From the NCBI GenBank assembly GCA_020137815.1, contig CM035362.1, positions 3,906,001-3,970,000 on the forward strand: a DNA stretch of 64,000 nucleotides. Direction: 5' to 3'. Shown piece after piece: positions 35,810 to 49,994 of this stretch (its first letter is position 1; every line of letters begins with the position of its first letter). This stretch comes from Hormiphora californensis. Lineage: Eukaryota > Animalia > Ctenophora. Position numbers and translations under genes: made by a program. The notes beneath the pieces were generated by a model. The model was not told the origin of the DNA. It saw only the letters and a list, made by a program, of their open reading frames with translations, and made no database searches.

Positions 35810-38800
35810 TCAAAACAGTTCCTGAAGCTCAGTAAATCCACCATTGTCAATGAAGTAGAGCTCTCCCTTCCAACCTGGAGAAATTGAATTTATTGTGGGT
35901 TTCAATGAATATAATGGAAGCCGGAAGCTTTTGCTCCTATATGATACTTTGATTCTCCACTCATTATGAATATTTTACTGATAATGATTTTACGGTATGA
36001 TTTATATCGCCTTGCGACCTCCGCTATCTATAAAAACCTCTATTAATTACATCACTTATAAGACCCCGGGTACCTAAAAAGCAGGAACCGACCGAAACTC
36101 AAACAAATAAACAACCAATCAGAACTCGTTATTTAGGTCACGTGACTGTTTATCAGCCAATCAGGGACCAGTGTTTCCTGGAACCCAGATTTCATATATA
36201 CCCGCATCACGAAGAGCCTTGGCGCCGCGGAAAGAAAGGATTCCCTTCATGCAATACGTCACCAGTGTCTCATCCCCGCTAAGATTCGCAATAACGTCAT
36301 CCGGCCTAGAAATTAGAGTTGTGATGTCGGGCTGCGGGCCGTATAACACAGTGAGATGGGGTCATACCATAATTTGGTACAGACATGACTTTTGGCAATG
36401 ACAAAAAGTCATATGCTACAATTCTGTCAGAGAACGATCCAGTAAAATTCTGTCAGAGCATATTGTCCTGACAGGTTAAATCACAAACCTTATCTTATCA
36501 GTGAACATCCGGACCGCACCAGGGAGAGCCTCGGGGTACCTAGCAACAGGTCTAGCATCCACCAGGATAACTTTGTTACCCAGCCCTGTGGCGAGATCAT
36601 GGTTGCCATAGAAACACGAACTCGAAATTAGTTTTTCAGAAGAAATAATGAGTCAATAAGGCAGCGGATTACGGGGGCCCGGATGAGACGCCCGTACCAG
36701 TCGCCCGTACCAGTCGCCCGTACATTTGCTTTGCGCATTACGTTTCACCACACTTTCATCACAACAAAACACATGCGCGTAACGCGCATGTACCTTATTT
36801 GTGGTGAAAGTGCGATGAAACGTAATGCGCAAAGCAAATGTACGGGCGACTGGTACGGGCGATCTATAGGGGCGATCTATTCGAGCCCCCGTAATCCCCC
36901 GTGTAAACCAAGTCGCTGTAGGCCTGAAGCCTGGAGCATCGATGTATACTAACAAAGGAAAAACTACCGTTTATATATACTGCAGTTACCCTGGCCTGGT
37001 TAACTATACCTTTGGTTACCATTGTTACCTACCTTTGGTTACCATTGTTACCTACATATGGTTACCAAGGTAACGTACCCATGATATCATCAGAAGATCG
37101 GATGTGAGATAGGGGAAGTGGTTGGGGGCAAATATCAGATGATCCAGTAAGGTAGCAAAAATTCTGTAGAGAGAAAAGTTGGTTTAAATTCTGCAATAAA
37201 TTCTGAAACTTGAAGAGTCCAGGCGTAACCATAACAACCAATCCTTGTAACCAGGGCGCGATGAGAGAGATGTTACCTTTGTAGGATGTCCCAGTGGGGA
37301 CTGATAACTCTGTCGTCTGATCGCTACAGAGAGAGATGGTAGTCCTCCGTCATAGAATGAGTTCACATTTTCAAAACCAATCCTAACAGCCAATTAAAAT
37401 TATTAATGCTAAGTCGAGTTTCTAAAGAAAAACATATTTTTACTAAGTTTGAAATGGCTCCATTTTGTTTCTGATATCATGTCATGCAGTAGATAATTCT
37501 AAAGCTGTCTCATATAAGACCGTCCTCTTCGCACCGGGGTGCACGATGTACAGTCAGTGCTGGTGACAAGATTGAGCTCACACTGTGTAGTCGGGACGAA
37601 TCTCTCACAAAAAGAAGTGGTTGACTCACTATTTGGTGAAAAGCAAATTCCGGTTGTAACCCACCTATTTTGACCCGCTGAACACGATCCCGTCCATAGG
37701 TAAGCTCGCAAAAGTGAAGAAAATGCCCAAATCGGCCACGCCCTTTTACCTGTATTTTCAGCCTGTAGCCAAAAACATAAATCCTCTTAGAATAGGAGTA
37801 GAGACAAATCTGAGGGCACTAAAGTGATCAGCGCCCTCGCATTAGTGGGGGTAGGTGCTGGAATTAAGTCTCTATCTCATCTGGTTAATTAGATAATTGG
37901 ATAATTAGATATGCGCATAACCGTATTTTGGCTATATGGCTATAGCCACTTAGAAATGGTTTAGAGACTTTTCACTGGCGCCATTTTGTAGGCAATAGCC
38001 AAGTTATGGGGGGTCGACGTCGAACTTTTAAGCTCTATCTCCAACCGTTTAGCCGTTATTTGGCTTAAACGATGCTCAAAATCGGGCTTTTTACCGTTTT
38101 TCGCTCATTTTGAGCATCTTTAAAGCCAAATAGCGGCAAAACGGTTGGAGATAGAGCTTAAAAGTCCGACGTCGACCCCCCATAACTTGGCTATTGCTTA
38201 CAAAATGGCACCAGTGAAAAGTCTCTAAACCATTTCTAAGTGGCTATAGCCATATAGCCAAAATACGGTTATGCGCATATCTAATTATCCAATTATCTAA
38301 TTAACCAGATGAGATAGAGACTTAATTCCAGCACCTACCCCCACTAATGCGAGGGCGCTGATCACTTTAGTGCCCTCAGATTTGTCTCTACTCCTATTCT
38401 AAGAGGATTTATGTTTTTGGCTACAGGCTGAAAATACAGGTAAAAGGGCGTGGCCGATTTGGGCATTTTCTTCACTTTTGCGAGCTTACCTATGGACGGG
38501 ATCGTGTTCAGCGGGTCAAAATAGGTGGGTTACAACCGGAATTTGCTTTTCACCAAATAGTGAGTCAAAAAATTGAGATTCGCCCCGACTAGTGTGTGGG
38601 GGTCGCGCCAGGTGTCTAATGTCTATATGTCACCAACAAGTGCCTGACAATTCTAAATAGTTCCTTACTTGAGTAGTCCCATTGATGCGTGGAAAGCTCT
38701 GGTTCCACTTCTACAGTACACCAAAACATTATACTTTTCCTTCCCCAGTATCCTGATGGTGGTTACCATGGTAACATGATTCAAGATGAGTGGTATCCAT

Positions 38801-39851
38801 GGTAACATGATTCAAGATCATAACACATCTCTGGTTGCTATGGTAACAGCATATCTCTGGTTGCTATGGTAACCCAAATTACCTGTGAGTATATGTTTGA
38901 TCCATGGCAGCCAGCCCAGGAACGTGAATGGACATGTTCGCGTGACCCTCCTCCCACTCTCTGTTAGACCGGACATCAATTCGGAAATCAAACTTTGAGA
39001 ATTCTTCTAGAACCTGCCGAAAAAAGATCCCCTTATAATAAAGTAGCTAAAAAGTTAATTACAAATACAACCCACTCCCCACAAACAACAGTAAAAAGTT
39101 AATTGATTAATTAGTTAATTAATTATGTACCTGCTCCATACTGATCATCTCAGGGCAGCTCTCACCACCATTCTTAATACACTCCTCTTTCCCAGCAAAT
39201 ACTTTCTCACAAAACCCTGAAATTACATGTGATCGAAAATCGGCTATAGTTGTGTACAAACATTATGACAACCTTCAAATTCTAGCGAAGTATAGAACTT
39301 ATCACCTTCAGAGCATTGGCCTGACCCTATTCTCAGTTCTCTCAAATATGAGCGGGCGAGAACTGTGTTCAGAGCAATTGGCAGCTGACAGACTTATCAT
39401 GACTATTTTGAGAACAGATCACAACTCACCAGTTGCCCTGCATATTCCACCATATACAGGGTTCACCAGCCGTCCCTCCTCAGTCCCTTTTACACCCGCA
39501 CTGATTGTGGCAGGTCGCATAGCAACCTTCCTGGTTACCTATGGTAACCAATGCCTTCCCTGGCACGGTGGGGCTTCCTCGCAGATAGCAGGGGCTGGAG
39601 AGCCGCCCATAATTGCAGCCCATGATGACAGACCTGGATAAATATAACGTGTTGCCATAGAACTTAGATTTAGGAATCTCCGACCATTTGAGAGCGTTTT
39701 AGGACTGCTATGGATGGTTGCTATGGATGGTTTCTATTGGCGGTTTCTATGATTGTGGTTACTACGGGTGACCGGCCAGAATTATAGTTTAGGACACAAA
39801 CGTATTTTTTAATATCTTACCCAGTAGTAGAAAAACAACGAATTTCAGCAT
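35810..39851 (-). CDS. Paralogue B: signal peptide, Cys-rich domain and two rhodanese domains
   Basis: Exons approx. 39821-39851 (MLKFVVFLLL), 39430-39633 (three apparent frame slips), 39131-39216, 38883-39013 (RIDVRSNREWEEGH), 38668-38752 (LVYCRSGTRA), 37277-37382, 37079-37163, 36490-36584 (ILVDARP), 36201-36306 (VTYCMKG), 35810-35874 (FIDNGGF). Confidence 0.82.
36082..36180. mobile_element. hAT MITE copy (truncated)
   Basis: caggaaccgaccga...agggaccagtgtttcctg. Confidence 0.8.
36666..36898. mobile_element. Palindromic MITE (~230 bp) in an intron specific to paralogue B
   Basis: ggattacggggg...cccccgtaatcc ends; near-perfect hairpin centred on catgcgcg-taa-cgcgcatg. Confidence 0.75.
37560..38636. 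mobile_element. 1.08-kb foldback element with Mutator-like TGGTGAC termini
   Basis: ~470-bp inverted arms with a ~26-bp spacer; ends related to 30658-31252; TSD not clean. Confidence 0.8.
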
Positions 39852-40421
39852 CTTACGACAGTTAAATGAACTGCTGTAATGTTTACAGCTATAAAAGAGC
39901 TGGGTATAATTAGGTTACAGTGAGAGTTAATTAGGTTAAAGTTGATCTGCAGAGAGTTAATTATGTTAAAGTTTTTAAAATGATGCTCGATAGTTTACAC
40001 TGTAAATTACAGTTCCCATCTATATAACTGGGCCATTGGTCAGTGCTGTAAATCGTAACTCGGACCCCGATTTACCGGGATGCTCGGGAGAAAGAGAATT
40101 TCGCCCGGTAAATCTGGGTGCCCGGTATCTCGGGGTCCGACTGTATACACATCATCATCTTCAAAACAAATAATAGAAATATGCCGACTGTATTACAAAC
40201 CACTATAGCAGCCACTACATTAAAACTTTGCTCATATAATATCAAGTGAAAAGGCTGATTTTGACACGTGTATAAAACAGGTGGCACACATTCAGAGAAA
40301 ACAGAGGCTGATCCTGAATACATATATGTACGAGGTCGCTAGACATAACAACTTGGCTAATGACAGTAGGCTAATGACGTGTAGTACGATAACTGGCATA
40401 GTGTCATGACCAGACTAGGAT

Positions 40422-40523
40422 CAGGAACCGACCGAAACAAGTAAACAATCAATCAGAACTCGTTATTTAGGTCACGTGACTGGTTATCAGCCAATCAGTA
40501 TTTCCTGATTCGATCGGTTCCTG
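40422..40523. mobile_element. hAT MITE copy
   Basis: 8-bp TSD actaggat. Confidence 0.9.
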
Positions 40524-42731
40524 ACTAGGATCATCTCTAATCTAACATGGGTCACTACGCCCATGAAAACACCCTATTACTCTTGCTTTGAGCCTCTCTT
40601 ACCCGTTTGAGCCTCTCTTACCCGTTATATTAAGGAGCTAGTTAAAAAATCCCACATTCTTGACGTTTTAGGGAACATCTATGATTTGCCACAGACACCT
40701 AAAAGTTGGGACCCACACCTATTTTTCCAGAAAATTTCAAATTTTTGACAGTTATAACTATAGGGGTTCTCCTCTAACTGTCTACTTACCCAAATTTTTG
40801 GACCCACTCCCAAACATAGTGTGCACGGTAGTATGGAAGATCTGGTAGGACGCACTTTTTAGAAAATCCTAACTGTCCGGGTCCATCCGGGAACCCTAGT
40901 ATAGGGGTCCCGAAGGGACCCGGACAGTTAGGATTTTCCTCTAACTGTCTACTTACCCTACACCCCCAAAAGTTTGATAGTTAGGGGAAACCCCTACCTG
41001 TCTGGGTCCCTTGGGACCCCCCCCCCCACCCTAACCACCATGGATGTCTGATACAGTTGGGTTGACCCCCTCGGCTCCACGCCAACCCAATCCCGTGTGT
41101 TGGTAACGTGCAGTCACCCCTATCTTGCTTTGCTCGACCCTCTCTTACCTTGTTGAGTCACAGTCACCCCTACAACCGAGGCCGCGCGAGTGAGGTGACT
41201 TCACCACCAATCCCGTGTATAAATGTAACCCCTCTATATATCCGGACATCTATAATAGATGTATACCTCTTAGGCTATTGGTCATGATAAGTCTCGACTA
41301 TTTATCGTATAGCTCTGGGGAATTGAGCAGTAGGGATCGATCCCCACTGCACTTGTTGAGTAACAACACAGGTCTTAGTTTATATCTTAATATATAGTAA
41401 GCTAGGGGGTCCTATATCTATAATCCAGCATCGATCAATTGATCATGATAAGTCTCACTATAAGACTGCTGCAGAGGGAGGGTCTTGATACTAAGCCCCT
41501 CACTACACATCTATTATACTATCTGATCCATACCTTGTTATACCTCACAGCTGCATTAATAATGATCGATCCTTATTCTCTATAATGATGAGTGCTGCTG
41601 CTGCACACATGTATGTGATCATATATATTGATTATATCTGCACCTGCGGCGCCAGACCCCGATTTGATTCTCGGCAGTGCGCTCAGATGGGGTCGGCGGC
41701 GCCAGAACTGATGCCTGGGAATCTCTAACTGGTGCCTGTGGCACCAGTTAGACATTCCCAGGCATCAGTTCCCAAGCTGATGGTCGGGAAGCAAGTGAGT
41801 GCTGACGGTGCGCGTTAGCTCTACTTTCCATTCAATTTACGTGACGTGCAGCAATGTCGCATGGTTCCCACAGAACCATCTGCATGCCCGGCCATCAGGA
41901 ACGCGTGCCCTGATATCAGGGAACGTCCCCTGATATCAGGGTATCAATCTGTAACTGGTGCGTTAGGATGTCACGCAGTGTTTGTTTTCGATGTTAGAAA
42001 TGAGTACACACGTACAATATATCGTGCAATACACGTGCGTTCACGAACACGTTGGTCCTAACTTTTCTGGAACCGATTTTGCACTAGGACTATAATTTTG
42101 AAATGGCTTTCAGGAACAATAGTTGGGGCTGGTAGGGTTATTGAAAATAAGTCCAATATGTGTATGTCATATTAATATATCGTGCAATATGTTTACACTG
42201 TGTTTGTGCGTTATATCCGATGTTGGAACGGTCATGTGTAAAGTGTAAGCACGTGCAAGTGAAAGCAAAACAGCACAACTCCGGTATCTTCATCATGATG
42301 TTCTGTTTCCATGGATGGATGATCTACCAGTGTGTTGTTTCCATGGATGGACCAATAAGTTGACCAAAGTTTATATAGAGCTGGTCTAGTTTTTTAGTCG
42401 CCAATATATCCTAGTTTTTGTCAAACACCAATCTGCCGTGCAACGCTTGACCGGTGATCTACGCAAACTCTAGCTGAATGGTCGTCCAGCAATCGAGCTC
42501 CACAATAACAAAACTCTTCTCTGATGCAGAAGCTCCAGTGTGCGATCAGCTGTCTGTGTGTCACCGTAAAAGCTTTGTAAAGTCCGTTTTAGGAGCATCT
42601 TGAGTGGAATGGCGCAAATTCGGTCTCAATAGCAGGCTCATATCAAGGTTAAATTAAATAAGATTTTACGTAGCGTAGGGTGACATAAACAAAGGCCTAT
42701 TCGCGTGCTGGAGCTCCATATCAGAGTAGAG

Positions 42732-42842
42732 CAGGAACCGACCGAATCAGGAAATACTGGTCCCTGATTGGCTGATAACCAGTCATGTGACCTAAATAAC
42801 GAGTTCTGATTGGTTGTTTACTTATGTCGGTCGGTTAACCTG
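42732..42842. mobile_element. hAT MITE copy
   Basis: 8-bp TSD gagtagag. Confidence 0.88.
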
Positions 42843-43297
42843 GAGTAGAGTTTTGTGATTATGGAGCTCCCAGAGCAGTTACTGACTATTATACCATCAG
42901 CTAGAGTTTATCCTTACTCTGCGTCAGAAATAACAATATGTTTTTGTGTGTGCTTAAGGAAAGTCACACTTGCGAATATTTCTAGTTGCTATGGGAACAT
43001 CTATAGTTGCTATAGTAATTTCATTATTAGATACATTCCAATGTTTTGTTACATATAGAATTCATCATGTCTGTTTATCGATATGTATAAGAACATTGTT
43101 CCCAGAAAGTAGGTTGAGTTAGAGCTGTGAAACAAGATCTCATAATGCCACAGGGACCAGGGCGTGGTGGAAATGCTAGCCAGATACGGAGTATGCTAGG
43201 GGTACATTATACATTATATTATACATTATATTGTACATTTCACACTATTGTACATTGTACAGTGTACAATGTACAAATGTACACACTCCATATAAAG

Positions 43298-44400
43298 TTT
43301 TTTTTTGGGGGGGAGAGCACTCCCGTAAACAATCTTTGATGCTGAGAGTTCTCAGCTGTTATTGAAATAAATGCGCTCTTGCGCTATCACGGAATAAAAT
43401 AATAAATTAAAAACAATTGTTCATTGACACACTCTCATGTTCCATAGATCATCAGATGTAGTTTCAGTCTTTTTCCCACGGAATCCACGGATGGAAAGGG
43501 TGACACTTCTGACCATCGAGAAGCTTAGTCGGAGTCTGATGTATCTGATGCAGTCGCCATGACTGTTTCCTGATCTGTTTGCCTTCAGTTCCGCAATGTG
43601 TTTGACCACTTTGGTAAACTCCTTGGCAAGTCCCCCAGTTGTACTGATCACCAGTGGACTGAAGAATCCTCCTTCTATTTCCCGGACTCGGTGAAGATAA
43701 GCTGTTTTCTTCTGGGTCTCATGCTTTGCATATGTAAGGGGAATAGTCTGGTTACAGTTGGATGGGGCCTGAGCATTAAAAGCTCTTACATCGAACATTG
43801 CCTTATCCATTGGATTCCAGAATCCTCTCGTTGCGATATCTAGTCTGGCGTTATCTTCTGTGATCGTTCCTTCAGGGAGGTCTCTTCCGTTGGTGGGGAG
43901 CAGAGAGGGCTCAATTTCAGTGCCGTCGCATACCCGGGTAAGCTCCGCTGCTATATAGTCCCTAACTCGGTTGTGTCTCAGAGCTACAAATCCACCCTTT
44001 TTGCATGAAAGTGCATGTTCAACGGTGTTCAGTTCATCGCATGCACAGTTTGTGGGCCTAACCTCTCCAACGATTGGTAAATTGTACCGGATTGACAGGG
44101 CATCTTGGAATTCCTGTCTATTCAGGTTGAAATTTAGCTGTTGGATGGGTAGACATGTTAGGTACGCAGAAGAATTTTTCTCACTTATCAGGTCAAAGTT
44201 TCTGCGTGCACTCTCACTTAGCTGTCCTCTGATAGTCTCGTGTAAACTTTTGTAAAGATCCTGTTTGAGTTTACGAATCGCAGCTTTCGTGACTTTGTCC
44301 CTTTCCTGGTCCGGAACAAACTCCGTTTTCTTCTCTGTAATAGCTTTTACTAGTTCCATATAAAGTTCCATAAAATAATCCAATCCTATTCTTATAGCAC
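43298..44400 (-). mobile_element. 5'-truncated non-LTR retrotransposon, CRE-like; C-terminal zinc knuckle plus restriction-like endonuclease (ORF 43421..44428)
   Basis: FQDALSIRY, CAC..HALSC (CCHC), RHNRVRD, ARLDI..MFDV..KK (RLE); no RT domain; 3' UTR ends in a C-run followed by poly(A). Confidence 0.85.
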
Positions 44401-44432
44401 ATGACTTAGCCACACTTGAATTGGACAACAGT

Positions 44433-44544
44433 TAGGAACCGACCGAATCAGGAAATACTGCAGGTCCCTGATTGGCTGATAACTAGTCACGTGACCTAAA
44501 TAACGAGTTCTGATTGGTTGATTACTTGTGTCGGTCGGTTCCTG
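44433..44544. mobile_element. hAT MITE copy
   Basis: 8-bp TSD acaacagt. Confidence 0.9.
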
Positions 44545-45054
44545 ACAACAGTTCTACCATATAGAACTGATATCTGGGCCAGGGTACGAGGAAGGCATTC
44601 TTTCTTCTTTCTCTTTCTCCTTCAAGTTTTCTTCTTCAAGTATGCACATATTTTTCATTTTCCCATTCTAATTTCACTCTCCTAAAACTATACAATTTGG
44701 GTACTAGGTGGTGCTTTTATTTTTGGATAGCCCTTTTGCAAAGTTCATTTGAAAGTTGAAATAACACGCTACCAATCACTAGCATTACAAACATCATCGT
44801 TGATGGTATACAGTCGCCAGTCGGACCCCGATTTACCGGAATGCTCGCCGCTGATTGGGAGAAAAGGTTTTGCCCGGTAAATAGCTTGGAAATGAAATTA
44901 CCCCTCTGTTAAATGCAATAAAAGGGGTGACTTCGTAACCAATTAAATAGCTGGGTGCCCGACATATCAGCTGGCCCGGTAAATGGGGGTCCGACTGTAT
45001 TACATATATAGCATTCAAGTTAAATTAATCCTAATTGTTTCCCTCACAGGACGA

Positions 45055-46096
45055 TATGCACGGAAGCGAGGCTGCATTTTCCTCCGCCGTTGGATTAGAT
45101 GGGGTAAGTTTGTTTGTTTGTTTGTTTGTTTGTTTGTTTGTTTGTTTGTTTGTTTGTTTGTTTGTTATTTTTCCGCTCAATCGAAATGTTTATAGGGATG
45201 TTTCATGTTTTTATGTGTATCTCGACCATATCAGCCGACCCGAAACCTGGTTAAATTTGGCCACCCGCTGGTCTCAGGGCCTCCAAATATGTCAAAATAT
45301 GTTTAAATTATCATTCTGGGTCATTTAGACCTTTTAATTACACGTAATTACCCTTTAATTACATGTAATTACATTTCAATTACATGTAATTACTTCCAAT
45401 TACATTCCAATTACTTTCACCAATTTCAGCACCTCGAGAGCTTTCGAACGCACCCTAGAACACCTTTCTACTCCTTCCAATTGCCGAGTTCTGTATACCC
45501 CTTATTTTGACTGTTTTTCGCGTCCTACCCCTTATAGGTTTGGGTATGGCCATCGCCACACCCCCTATACGTCGCGGGACCTCGAGACCTTTCCAACGAG
45601 CCATAGAACACCTCTCTACTACTTAAGGGCGGGATCACACCGAGATCTTCGAAGAAATTTCTTCGAAGCTCCAAACACAGTCGCACCAAAATGTTTCGTT
45701 TGGAGCTTGTGCGCGTATGGGTATTGCTAGTTTTTGAATCTGACGACAGTGAAAAGCATACAATAGCCATCCGCGCGCAAGCACCAAATGAAACATTTTG
45801 GTGTGACTGCGTTTGGATCGTCGAAAGAATTCTTTCAAAGATCTCGGTGTGATCGCGCCCTCAGGGGGCTTCAAAACTTTCACTCTAAAAATATCTATGG
45901 TTTATGGTTTATGGTTATGGTTTATGGTTATGGTTTTTTTTCATCTGGTATTAAGGGCCTGTCCGCTCGGCCCCGTTGTTTTAGTTTTAGGGGGGATGTT
46001 TTAGGGGGGATGGGTTGAGTTTGGGTTATGTTCGGGTCGGGGGGCCTTACCAGGCCCCGAATATACCAGGTGTACATACTACATAGTAGGGAAATT
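45055..46096 (+). mobile_element. Helentron-associated non-autonomous element (HINE/DINE-1-like)
   Basis: Short 5' core followed by a (TTTG)n microsatellite, internal repeats, and a 3' GC hairpin ggggcc-ttacca-ggcccc. Confidence 0.55.
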
Positions 46097-47027
46097 TTGT
46101 CTGTTTGTTCAGTTTTGTTGTTTTGTTCAAACCCTTTTTATTTATCCGGGGCGAGGGGAAACGGGGTCGAGTAAGGCAACATTTGTTATGATGAAGTACA
46201 CTGGAACGGGACTGAAACAAAGTGCACACCCTTTGTTTCTTAGCAGCTTCTTGAACTTTCATATCACTTTCAATTACTGCAATTGTTCACCCCCACCCCT
46301 GCCCCCCACCCCATTGTAAACCTCACATGGTCCCCCTGGATCTGATCGTGCACGTGGTCCAGCTGTAATTGTGGTCGAAGAGGGACGCGACCATTGCATA
46401 GCTCGTGAGCTCTGCTAACATGTAATGGGTTTGTACAAAACATGGACACCATTGACCATATATTGTTTGAATTCGGGAAGGGACGATGAAGTCATGAAAA
46501 AAAAAGAAGAAAAAAAGGGATGCTGTGTTATTATATTATTGTGTTCGGTTTAATTATCCTGCTCATTAGCTTTAATTTAGTAATTTACTAGAGTTCTGAG
46601 GATGTTCATTGGTCGACCATTGATCAAAACTCATATTACATCTGAGCAAACACAGTATGATAATCTCTACTGGACCTTGAATTTAACTTTCCTTGACACA
46701 CACACACACACAATTCTCGTTCTAAACCAACTGCTAGCAAGATATAGTTCATTATGAAAAGGTCGATTTTAGGAAAAGGTCGATTTAGATAAAACCTGTC
46801 ACCACTTAGTTTAGCTCTTATACATGACAGGCCTATATTAACTGAGACACTAGGTCTGCTCTACTAAATACGGGCTCTGGAGCTATTGTTGTTTCCGATT
46901 AGATTCTCTCATCTGTGGAGCAGTGGAGCATTTTCACCAGCTATAGTGTCCCTTGATAAACAAAGATTCCTTCTAATTTTCCTCATTTTCAACGATCACA
47001 TTCTTTGCAGCTACACTAACTTGATAC

Positions 47028-47242
47028 AGGGTAGCGACTGGCTATTTGAAATGGCGGCTAATTTGAAACACCCCCTCTACAGGCCAGCAGGTGCACCAGT
47101 TTTGGGTTTTTAGACATCAGTGGGCTTGTCAGAACTCATACCAAGCCCACTGACGTCTAAAAATCCAAATCTGGTGAACCTGCTGGCCTGCAGAGGGGGT
47201 GTTTCAAATTGGCCGCCATTTCAAATAGCCAGTCGCTACCCT
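47028..47242. mobile_element. Palindromic MITE (~215 bp)
   Basis: agggtagcgactggctatttgaaatggcggc arm mirrored, ~100-bp arms. Confidence 0.75.
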
Positions 47243-47981
47243 ACTATTAGCTGAAGACGTCGATACAAATCATTCCATCTCATATGTCATCTCATTTATT
47301 ATTCTCATTAATTGTTCTTTTTATACGTTCTGATAATAAAAATTACTAGTTTTATCATTAATTATGCACCGTTTAGAAGTCTCAGCTGATATTTTCTATT
47401 GTAGTTGAGTTTATTGAATTTGCTTGCTTAAATGCTACTTTGTTCTCACGACTTAAACCACTAGGTTAATTTGTAGAGAAGAAAGTTAACTCTATCTCCC
47501 TCGAAGCGATCAGTCAAAAAAGTAGCAAAGGTAAAAAAGAACAACACTCAACAGCTCCATTTTTCTACTAAAAGGACCTCGCTCAATCTCCGTGGCCTGT
47601 CTCTCAGAAAGAACAGTGATCACTGGGCATTAAGAGAGCTGCAGACAGCTTTCTCTCTCTTGTACATGCAGACTGTGTTCTCGGGACTTCACAGCGTGTC
47701 CAAAATGAGTGGACTACCTTCAAACACCAACGGAAGTGCTTCGGATACAATGCAACTACTGAACATTGGGGATTCAGTGGATCATAATGACTTTGTGAGT
47801 ACTGCATGGATGACGTTATGTCCAAATATGGTCATATGTCCAAATATGGTCATTACGTGACTGTGAATGACGTAGTACACAATGTACATTATATCTGTTA
47901 GTGTGTACTTAGTATAGTAGTAGTGCTTACCAGCGCTATATATCTGCCTGTGTGTTTTGATACTAGATAATGAAACTGATG

Positions 47982-48809
47982 GGGGGGGGGACATGTTAAT
48001 TGTTAATAAATCACTTCTTTTTTTCGATTTTGTTAATTAACGTTAATTAACAAAATTAACAAAGTTAACAAATGCTAAAAGACTGTTCTTATTGGTTGAT
48101 AATACGACTTTAACTTGTTTAATTTTATAGTTTAATGACTGACCTAACACATATATACCCAATCAAGGCCTTTTCCGATAACAAAAGTCCGACATACAGG
48201 TTTTTTTGGCTCAAAGTCGACAAAAATCCTAAAGTTACAAATATTTCAATTTAGCGTATAAAATCATATTTTAACGTAATTTTTTCATTTGTAATCGATT
48301 CTTTGGACTTAATAAGATGATATGTACAACGTTTCTGTTGGAAAAAGAAATAAAATTTTTCCAAAATCAATTTTTTGTAAAAGATTGAAAATTTGCTTCG
48401 CTACAAATCCTTGTGTTTTTTAGAAAAATAGATTTTTGGGTTATTTTTCGTTTTAAGGTAAATTCATGAGTCTTATGTAGTTTTTAGGCTTGGAAAATGT
48501 GGATTAGGGTCTTTAGACTTCAATTGCGGTTTAGTTTGGCTAGTTTTTATTAAAATTTACACAATGGAACAAATCGCTGTAGAAAAGCCGTAGTAGAGGT
48601 AGTAGTGGTATGTAAATCGTGCAGAAGGAACAACTTTGCTCGTAGAACAAGTGTTAAATACCAAAAATACGTGCTAAAGGGGATTTAGATGGCATAAATG
48701 GCCTTTGTTAACGTTTGTTAACTTTTTGTTAATTTTGTTAATAAATCACCTGTTTTCTCGATGTTAATATTAACAAAGTTAACAAAATTAACATGTCCCC
48801 CCCCCCCCC
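47982..48809. mobile_element. Non-autonomous DNA transposon with poly-G/poly-C termini and 8-bp TSD
   Basis: (G)n-acatgttaat ... attaacatgt-(C)n; TSD aactgatg. Confidence 0.75.
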
Positions 48810-49175
48810 AACTGATGTCATATTATATCTTCAATCTTGGATGACTTCTGTTTGATATGATTCAAGTTTGTAATAATAAAAGTATATGTTATGTCATACG
48901 ATTATTACACTGGGAGACAAAAGTTAGTAAGAACATTTCCTCTGAAGGTCTCTGGTTCAATTCCCGGTCAAACCCAGTATTTTTGATTTTCTTCCCCATT
49001 TAATTCTCGTTTAGATCTCATTCAAAATAATCAATCAATCTCTCCATAACCGGGATCTGTCCGTGGATGTGTGAGATTCCCCATTAATTTAATCTGTTGT
49101 ATAACGGAAGGCGAGTGTGTTGTTGAGTACTCGACTACTCGACAACGTGTGTGTATCAGCACCAGAAGAAGATAT

Positions 49176-49291
49176 TCTGGCACTGTTAGGAATGGCCGAT
49201 TTTCACTAACAATTTTTTAGTGATGCCACTAACAAAATTTGTCAGTGAAAACACTAACAAAGTTTTGTAGTGTCGACCATTCCGGTGCCAG
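49176..49291. mobile_element. Small MITE
   Basis: TIR tctggcac...gtgccaga; internal cactaacaa repeats. Confidence 0.55.
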
Positions 49292-49489
49292 ATATTAAAA
49301 TTACTTCCTGGACATTTTATAGTTGCAATCATGATGGCGGATTATACGAGCTGGTTTAGTATGTCTCTCTCCCTCACTTTCTGTGAGCGAGAAAGGGAGG
49401 TCGCCTTTCTGGACCCTGCCCGAGAGCTCCATAGGGAAGCGGAGCAAGCAGCAGTTGAACCACAGGTGCAAAGTCTCCTGTGAATTGAT

Positions 49490-49920
49490 TCAAATGTGTC
49501 CTCAACGTGTCCTCAGACTGTCCTTAATGTGTCCACAATGTGTCCTCAGACTGTCCTCAATGTGTCCACATGTGTCCTCAACATGTCCTCAACGTGTCCA
49601 CAATGTGTCCTCAATGTGTCCTCAACGTGTCCACAATGTGTCCTCAGACTGTCCTCAACGTGTCCACAATGTGTCCTCAATGTGTCCTCAATGTGTCCTT
49701 AATGTGTCGACGAGAAAAATGGAAGCGTCCAAATCTAATACCTCAAATTTGTCCCAAATGTGTCCTCAACGTGTCCACAATGTGTCCTCAACGTGTCCTC
49801 AATGTGTCCTCAATGTGTCCACGATTGATGTGCAATCGTTACTCAATGTGTCCTCAATGTGTCCTCAATGTGTCCTCAACCTGTCCTTAATGTGTCCACA
49901 ATGTGTCCTCAGACTGTCCC
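49490..49920. repeat. 11-nt satellite (aatgtgtcctc)
   Basis: Direct inspection. Confidence 0.92.
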
Positions 49921-49994
49921 ATCCCCGTGCTAACATTTGTCACTCCCTGTTACACACCATGTATCCTGGCCATGTATGTGCCACGGTTTGACAG

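Noticed and set aside
39480-39482. In-frame TGA in the Cys-rich exon as selenocysteine
   Set aside because: Paralogue alignment shows the conserved protein continues in another frame, so this is a frameshift and not readthrough.
43421-44428. Host gene or intact retroelement
   Set aside because: Only the C-terminal RLE region is present; the ORF start lies in unrelated flank next to a MITE and there is no reverse transcriptase.
48912-48977. Possible tRNA (B-box-like ggttcaattcc)
   Set aside because: No cloverleaf; at most a decayed SINE head.
49383-49991. 202-aa Cys-rich ORF
   Set aside because: Translation of the 11-nt satellite.
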